Source: Octopus vulgaris (taxonomy: Eukaryota). From it: a stretch of DNA of 64,000 nucleotides. Positions 55,788 to 64,000 of this stretch are shown one piece after another. The DNA is taken from NCBI GenBank assembly GCA_951406725.2, contig OX597828.1, forward strand, positions 19,902,001-19,966,000, written 5' to 3'. Position 1 is the first letter of the stretch; every line of letters begins with the position of its first letter. The position numbers and the translations under genes are program-made. A model generated the notes under the pieces. That model made no database searches and was not told the DNA's origin. It saw nothing but the letters and a program-made list of their open reading frames with translations.

Positions 55788-55861
<74 letters not shown>

Positions 55862-56260
55862 ATTGCATACACATTCCACTTTAATTGTCTCCGTTTATCA
55901 CACTTACGTGAGATAAATAAATATTGGTACATTGACAGATTAAAGCAGCTGCTATTTTCACTAACTGCATGGCACGTGACCAATTTGGTAAATGTCAGAA
56001 TAAACACATGAACAGAATTAGTTTCGATGTTTTGTGGCAAATACACGAAGTCTTCAATTAAAAATAACAGGAAAACCAAATGGTAGACACGCCATCTTTC
56101 TTTCCTTCACTTGGGAAGAATTTCATTCCTTTTTCTTTCTACCTCTTTCTCTTCTTGTCTCCATCTGTCACAATTTATCGCTACACACTCACGCTCATAC
56201 TCACACATCTATATATACGGACATAAACATACACATGCATACATACATACATACATACAC

Positions 56261-56291
<31 letters not shown>

Positions 56292-56571
56292 TATAAGTAG
56301 TTATATATGTGTGTATATACATACATGCATATATAGCATATATATATGTATATGACGTATGATATATCTACTTGGACCTATTGTTTAATTGTGTTTATTT
56401 ATGTATTTTACACATGTAAATAGTATATACAAGTTGCTTATGTATGTATATGTGTGTATATATGTATATGTATATGTCTATATGGATATTTGTTCATATT
56501 TTTTATATATATTAAATAATACGTGTATCATGTTTAATGTATTAATATTAATATTTTTAAAGTTCCTTATA

Positions 56572-56707
56572 ACTTTTGACGAGGCCTATGGTTATATATA
56601 TAAGTACCCTATTTTTAAATGGCTACAACCTCATTACGTTGACCACTATATACGATACAAATAAAATTAACTACTTTTAGCCATGGGCTGAAACAGCTGT
56701 AAGAAGT
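56572..56707 (+). ncRNA. Hammerhead-like motif with 12-bp stem II closing a large loop
   Basis: ACTT-TTGACGA-GGCCTATGGTTA-(~80 nt)-TAGCCATGGGCT-GAA-ACAGCTGT-A-AGAAGT. Confidence 0.55.
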
Positions 56708-57447
56708 GATTTTAATGATTTCAATAACTTATATTATGACTTTTATAATTTGTATTCTTATCTTATATGTATTGAATTATAAGATATACATGTATGCTAT
56801 TGAGGTTCTCATTTTGTTAAATGAATAAATAATCCAACATTCTAATATCCAAAAGTTGATGAACAAACTAAATATGTTTCTCCATTTTCTTATTTGTATT
56901 ATATATATATTCATACAAATACAGTGCACATAAAAAAAAACAAGAGGCATCCATCATAGGATTCCTTGCACGCTAGAGAGAACAGTTAAATTCCAGATCA
57001 CTATTAGGGATAAAGTTTCGAATAGAATGCAAAATAAAACCATTTACCATCTAAATCCTGGACCAATGGTTTCAGAGTTTATTTAGCAAATAAAATATTT
57101 TGCTAGGCGATGTCTTCTTCAGCAGGTACACCTTAGATTAAATATATATACACGAGGCAATCCAGAATATGCCCCGTGCTTATACATCTAATCTTTCAAA
57201 TGTACCGTGCAAGCGCAGCTCCATTTCGTTAGTAAATGTACAGTGTATTTGTATGAATAATACATAGTTTATTGACTAAATATTTACATGGTAGGTCACT
57301 GGTAATGGAAATTTCAAATATTTCTAATTACTCTTTGATATTATTAATTAATTACTTATATATATATTCAGATGAAAATGTAAATTAAGTTAAGGCACCA
57401 GCATTTAGTACGGTATTATCCATACAATTTCAAAGTAAGGTGATTAA

Positions 57448-57527
57448 AATCAAAATAAGCAACAAGGATATCCAGAGGTAATGCTGTACTGCATTACCTC
57501 TGGATATTCTTGTTGCTTATTTTGATT
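57448..57527. repeat. 80-bp spacer-less palindrome
   Basis: Centred on GTAC (57486-57489); two mismatched pairs in 40. Confidence 0.93.
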
Positions 57528-57540
57528 ATACACACACACA

Positions 57541-57584
<44 letters not shown>

Positions 57585-58668
57585 TATATATATCGATCCA
57601 TATGGATGGAATGGTATAGATAAATTCTAGGTTACATATGTTTCTCAGCTATCAGACCCTCGGATGTAATACTTTTTCAATGAAGGGTAGTCCACTAGCT
57701 GTTCATGAGTAAATAGCGGAAAACCCGACGTTCGAGTAACTATTACCTCCGAAGTTCTGCTATCTAGGAAACATGCAGTCTGGTTTTTACCTACTCCATT
57801 CCCTAAATTGGGATCGTTATTCGCATTCATAGCAACCCTAATTGTTTGAGTGAAATAAACATTCGTAATCAGAGCAAAGGCAACAACATTAAATATACAC
57901 TAATGCCAAAATCAAAACAGACAAGACCTGGCAGAAGAAATTCTTCCTTCGGGGAAACTTTTGAGGTGGTGCAGCAAAATCGGAAATGAAGCTTCAAGGA
58001 CAAACACTAATCCATTTGGAGAGAAACGGAAAAGACAGCGCAGAGTGTAGGACAGCGGAGGAAGTCGCCGATGGCATATACTTCAATGAGAACGATGAGC
58101 TGAAGTAAGATCGTTACTGTTTAATTTCCCGGAGGCGCAACCGGTTTCTCAGGGACAAAGAAAATCCTTCATCTAATGAGTATAAATATATGTGCACATT
58201 TCGTTATACTGCGTACCTCTTATAATTTTTTACTATTAATATTGCCCATTGGCTAAAATATACTTAGTTACTATTTTAGATATACAAATGTGATTTTCTA
58301 ATCCGTACCCGAGTTGAGAATGTACAACACTAAGGAGGTTAGACAGCTCAAAATGGATGTCCGCAGTTGTTCTTTGTCTGCAAACAAAGATCAGACTGAC
58401 TGCCTTTCTTTAGCATCTAAATAAACTGTGAAGATTATGCTTAACTTCTGGATATTTTGCTTCTATTTCTTGAAACTCCTCGTCAATTTAACAATAGTTT
58501 TAGTTCTGTCTACTATTCACACGGAAAGTAAAAGAATAAATTAAAAATAAAATTGAGAGCTCTTCTACAAAATATTATACACAGTCTTTCTATATTCATT
58601 ATAGTAATTCATGCAATTACTCACGTTTAGTTACTTTTGCAGTTCTTTATAAATATATGTATATATAT

Positions 58669-58722
<54 letters not shown>

Positions 58723-59042
58723 GTACATACACGCAACATTTATACGTATATGCATATAGAAATATAGGTAGAAGGAGAGATACGCATATACACAGTTATA
58801 TAGATATTAATGAAGATAGAAAGATAGAAAGCACACATACACACACACACATTAAGTAAGCGTGTATGTATGTATGTATACATGCTTGCATATGTGTATG
58901 TAAGTATGCATGTCTGAACCAACACACACCTATTCATTTGTGCAAGAAAATGTCAGTTATTAATGTATATATGTGTGTGCATATATGTATGATGTATGAA
59001 CCTACACACACCTATGTATTCGTGCTTGAAAATATCTGCCTT

Positions 59043-59082
<40 letters not shown>

Positions 59083-59238
59083 CGTGTATGTGTGTGTGCA
59101 TGTATTATGTATGCTTGATATTTGTCTATGTTGATGTATGTATGTATATATATATATATATATACGCACACACTCATATAAATATATATATTTATATATG
59201 TATATAGACATACGTATGTATATATGTATTTATATGCA

Positions 59239-59292
<54 letters not shown>

Positions 59293-59394
59293 GGAGTAAA
59301 CACATAAATGTGAAACAAGGTGGAAAAAAGAGTACTCAAATACCAGTGGTAGAGTAATATGCTTTATTTTAAGCAGCAGAAAATTCAACAAAAT

Positions 59395-59432
59395 CTGTTA
59401 CTCTGAGTTTCTCGTTGCCGTTCATCAGACAG
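59395..59432 (-). ncRNA. Minimal type-I hammerhead ribozyme motif, canonical core
   Basis: CTGT-CTGATGA-A-CG(GCAA)CG-A-GAA-ACTC(A)GAGT-A-ACAG. Lies within a ~155-bp insert (59290-59445) between TA tracts. Confidence 0.7.
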
Positions 59433-59549
59433 TTTTTGCTAGAATATATATACATATATATATATATATATATTTATATAAACATATGCATATATATACT
59501 CAAACACATATATACACATATACATTTATATATTCATATATACATACCT

Positions 59550-59624
<75 letters not shown>

Positions 59625-60373
59625 TGCATGCAAACATATCTACAGTTGTGTCGTGCGTGTATTAATGTGAATGGTGACTGTGCAAGTTTGGCATATTCAT
59701 TCCAAAATAGTCACTCTCAGAATTGCTTATTTATTCAAACGTTCTAGACCCACTCCCACATCAACATGTACAACAGGACTTCATCGTTTTACGTGACTTG
59801 CTGTAGGTCATGTGACGTCTCATTAAGTAACGAAATAGTTTGAAATAGAAACACGAACCACGATAATCACAGCAACACCAACAAACACAAAGGAAGGCAA
59901 CAACAACAACAACAACTACAAGTCCAACGAAAATAACAACTACAACAACAACAATACCAACTGCTGCATTAAGAAATACAACTAGTTGAAAGGACAGAGC
60001 ATATATAATGACAGCCATCGCCAAAACAGCTGCTAAAACCAAGATAGGAACAACAAATGCATAGCAACTAGTATAATAACTATATACGTACATACATAAA
60101 TAATACATACATACATACGTATGTATGTATATATGGAAGTATGTATGTGTGTGTATGTATGTATGTATGTATGTATGTGTGTATGCATCTATGTATGCAT
60201 GTATTTATGTATGTATTTGAATTATACCATTACCACAATAAAATAACCCCATGAAAAATAACTACTAAAAATGAAACTACGTAAGGTAAAGCTTAACAAA
60301 TAAGAAACCTAAATAAGAAATTATTTACCACCATCCATTCTATTATATATGTTATGTTCCTCGTTATCACAGC

Positions 60374-60494
60374 CCCACCACCACCACCACCACAACCACC
60401 ACCACTACCACCACCACCACCACTACCACCACCACCACCACAGCAACCGCCTTCACCACCGTCACCGCCGCTGCCATTGTTGCTCCTGCTACTA

Positions 60495-60528
<34 letters not shown>

Positions 60529-60536
60529 CGCTGCTG

Positions 60537-60567
<31 letters not shown>

Positions 60568-60641
60568 TGCTGCTGCTTCTACTACTATTACTGCTGCTGC
60601 TTCTACTACTTCTACTGTTATTGCTGCAACTGCTGCTGCTG

Positions 60642-60710
<69 letters not shown>

Positions 60711-60738
60711 TTACTACTACTACTATCGTCACTACTAC
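60374..60738. repeat. Compound (CAC)n/(TAC)n/(TGC)n microsatellite
   Basis: Directly visible. Confidence 0.95.
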
Positions 60739-60973
60739 CGTTATTTCGACGAACACAACAACGTTTAAACAACGAGAAATATCAACTGAAATTTCCTCGT
60801 AACTTTTTCCAGCATCTTAAAAAATGGACAGATAAGCTGGGAAATTTTTCTCAGGAAAAACAGAGGCGCTATTGTCACTATTGCAATACTTACTATAATA
60901 TTTTCGCTTGGGTCAGGGCTGAACTGACATCCAAGGGTAACAAGATAAAAAACAGCAACGACAACATTTTTAT

Positions 60974-61068
60974 AATTACTTCCGCCAAGGAAGGAGGTTA
61001 TGTTTTCACCGGCGTTGGTTTGTCCGTCTGTCTGTCTGTGTGCAAAATAACTCAAAAAGTTGATGAAA
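60974..61068 (+). mobile_element. Helentron-type non-autonomous (DINE-1/HINE-like) 5' fragment
   Basis: ttacttccgccaaggaaggaggttatgttttc (subterminal hairpin acttcc/ggaggt), then a (GTCT)n microsatellite and ataactcaaaaagtt. Confidence 0.6.
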
Positions 61069-61073
61069 CTTGC

Positions 61074-61807
61074 AGGAAAAAATTCCTCTAGTACTGTTCT
61101 GATTTCGTCTACAGAATTCATATCTTTTCTGTCCAAATGATTTTGAAGACTAAGGAATAAATGATAATCAGATGGGGCAATATTCGGTGAATATGGTGGA
61201 TGGAGCATCGTTTCCCATTCAAACAGCTCCAGCCTTGGGAATGTCATCCTCGCTTTATATGGCCGAGCATTAACCTGATGGAAGAACACCTTTCGTCTTG
61301 AAACCAAAGATGGTCGTTTTTCTTCTCGCGTTGACTTGAATGACTGGTTGAAAGACCAAATTGAAGCTTCTCTGCTAGTTTCGTAACAGTTACGATACGA
61401 TTTTATTCCTCTAGGGTTGGCAGGACGTCCTCGTCGAGCTCTACGTGGTCTTCCAGGACGAGGCTCATCTTCTAGGCTGTAGTTTCCTGCTCGGAATTTC
61501 TGGAACCCCATTGACTCCGGCATACACTTATTGTCTAATCCCTATATACTGTATCGATATTCTTCGCACTTTCCCTTGCGATATTGCCTTTATTGAAATC
61601 ATTAAGCAAAAGATTCCGAATATGCACCTTTGTCACTTCCACTATAGCTTTGAAAAATAACTGCGAAAATCGAACTGCACTCTTCAAAATTTGCACTCGG
61701 GTCAAATTACTACATGCTTTTATAGCAAGTTGATGTAGGTACTTCTCCCGTCTCCCTTCGACCTCTAGTTCGTGCAACTGAAAAAACCGCATTATTTATG
61801 GGATAAC

Positions 61808-61810
<3 letters not shown>
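61074..61810 (-). mobile_element. Degraded mariner transposon (5' TIR, HTH, partial catalytic domain)
   Basis: TIR ttgggttatcccataaataatgcgg next to TA. VEVTKVHIRNLLLNDFNKG, FQKFRAGNYSLEDEPRPGR, FHQVNARPY, HPPYSPNIAPSDYHLFLSLQN. Confidence 0.9.
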
Positions 61811-61867
<57 letters not shown>

Positions 61868-61870
<3 letters not shown>

Positions 61871-62080
61871 GAGGTCAATAAAAGCAACAACGCAACGGAA
61901 GGTGCGTGGAATACAGTATATGAGTATCGGACAATAAGCTTAAGCCAGTGTCAACGGTGGATCCAGAAATTCCGAGCCAGAAACTACACCCTAGAAGACG
62001 AGCGTCGTCCTGGAAGACCTGCGGAGCTCAACGAGGAATTCCTGTTAACCCTGGTGGAACAAAATCCCATCGTAACTGTG
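61868..62080 (+). mobile_element. Second fragment of the same mariner family (HTH region), opposite orientation
   Basis: TISLSQCQRWIQKFRARNYTLEDERRPGRPAELNEEFLLTLVEQNPIVTV. Confidence 0.85.
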
Positions 62081-63159
62081 CATCTTGGCTGACACTTAAT
62101 TTATCGACCTCTGAAAGAATGAAAGACAAAATCGACCTCGGCAGAACTCGAACTCCGACATATTTGTATATGTAAAGAGAAAGATAACTTCATTATTGCA
62201 AGTTTTATTTACTTATTACTTACGCCTAATTCTGAAGTAATACACAAATACAACATATTGCCATTTCCCGCCTTGAAAAACTCTGCTCTAGATGAAGTTT
62301 TTGTCTGTTAAATGCATGGATAGACTCAATTAATCGAAGTGGTTTCAATTCACTACATATATATTAACTGATTAATGATGCTTTGATTTATTTCTTTGAT
62401 CACTTATCAGGATATGTATGAGCTGTGTATGTTGTCATTGTGGTTTTCGCTCCACTTAACCTCTAACCAAGTGAACCAATGACCATAGGCATACCACCCG
62501 TTGGTGGCCATCGCATCTTTTTAGGGATATCTAGAGCCACATATTTTAATGTGTCATTCCTATCATTTATTTTTAAAGATAACGACGTGCGGTTTGAAAG
62601 GATTTCGACTGTTATTTCTAGGAGGTCCAACAACCACGACTGACCTTCTTCGTTTTCAAAAGTGCATCTAGTAAACAACGTCGGTATTTACTTGCATGTA
62701 AACCTAAATGTTTTTCGTCATTTATCTCTATTATTTTCAAAGAAAAGCGCTATTTCTAGAACACCCAAACACCACATAGACACTCTATTTCTTGCAGGTC
62801 CCACGACCACACAGAGAGACTCTTTTTTTTGCAGGTTCGACAACACTATACAAGCTCTATTTCTAGCATTGTCCGGCAACCACATGAAAAGTTTTCACAA
62901 ATATATATGCGTATATAGCGAACGATGTGGATGTCTACAGGTGATGTGTACTGGCAAGTAAATTAGTCTGAAATGTTTTCACCTTTTATCGACATTATAG
63001 TCGAAAGAAAGGCTCCATTCACTTCATTCATCTGAAAAGAAGAGTCTTGTTGAATACTTGAGTGGCTTGCTACTAATGGGTTTCGTTGAATCGATTCATT
63101 ATCTTCAAAACTCTCTCAACTAAGCTAATGGATTTGCTAAATTTAGATTGCATTTTGCC

Positions 63160-63672
63160 AACACCTGTTGTGTTAGTATCCTACGGTTCCCAAACATATG
63201 CTAAACTAACATGGGTTTGTTAGCCCTTTAAGACGAAAATATTTGGACAATTACAAACGGTGGTATTCTCATAGTTTCGGTTTTACGCAGTATTTATTTA
63301 TCTTTGTGTAATTTCCAAGTCACTAACTTTCTATTAATTACAGTTACACTTATTTTTGATTTACTTACGATCACTCAGAACACTATTTGCCGAGCATCTG
63401 CTGGAAATAAATAAAAACAGAGAGCGTTATCTCCTCCTGTGAAATACGCTTTGGGTATTGTAGACATTTTTAACAATGATTTTATGGTCAAAACAGCGAT
63501 GCCTTTCATCACAAGTTAATTCGACCGCACTTTGTCAACACCTGTTGTGCTACTATCCTACGGTTCTCAAAAATATGCTAAACTAACATGGGTTTGTTAG
63601 CCCTTTAAGACGAAAATATTTGGACAATTACAAACGGTGGCATTCTCAAAGTTTCGCTTTTACGCAGTATTT
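63160..63672. repeat. ~136-bp direct repeat (63160-63295 / 63537-63672)
   Basis: aacacctgttgtg...tatgctaaactaacatgggtttgttagcc...ttacgcagtattt occurs twice, 377 bp apart. Confidence 0.88.
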
Positions 63673-64000
63673 CTCTATCTTTCTAACTTGGGACAAAACA
63701 ACAACATTGACAACGACAACAACGACGAATCAAGCAGCCAGTTCCAATCGAGATATCAACAAATTGTATATTTTTACAAATTTCTCGAGAATTTCAAAAC
63801 TAGTTATTGCTGGTCGTAGTACAGAAAGTTATTACCGTATTTAATGCTATACAAAAGACACGTTTTTATTTGAAAAAAAATGTCTCAGAAAAATGGAAAA
63901 GAAGTACTAAATGCGAAGTTGGGCCTGTATTCTATGCCTTAATGAATCAAGACCTTATTTTTTCCTGAAAATGGGCTGCTGAAAATGGGACGTGTCTTAT

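Noticed and set aside
60354-61523. 245-aa (+) and 252-aa (-) ORFs as genes
   Set aside because: The first is microsatellite read-through. The second is a frameshifted mariner relic reading into unrelated flanking DNA.
63834-64000. pogo/Tigger-like terminus (taccgtattt...)
   Set aside because: Only a weak single end is visible, and the window ends before any partner TIR.

Overview
AT-rich eukaryotic non-coding DNA with no supportable host protein-coding exon. The very high microsatellite load ((TA)n, (CA)n, (TACA)n, (TATC)n, (TAA)n) and the SINE families suggest an octopod cephalopod genome; this is inferred from recall, not from a search. Almost all listed ORFs are microsatellite translations. 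Recognisable content: four tRNA-headed SINE families; a 5'-truncated Dong/R4-type RLE retrotransposon inside (TAA)n, plus a ~565-bp non-coding element that also sits in (TAA)n; three Penelope-like (GIY-YIG) remnants; RTE and CR1/L2 fragments; several mariner derivatives/MITEs; and a Helentron-type fragment. The main signal is about ten minimal type-I hammerhead-ribozyme-like motifs in unrelated short repeats, mostly beside (TA)n tracts. Several have non-canonical cores (a G3:C8 swap, A6U with a variable N7). Many 26-120 bp fold-back inverted repeats occur alongside them. Together these suggest a diverse population of Penelope-dependent, ribozyme-bearing (retrozyme-like) elements.
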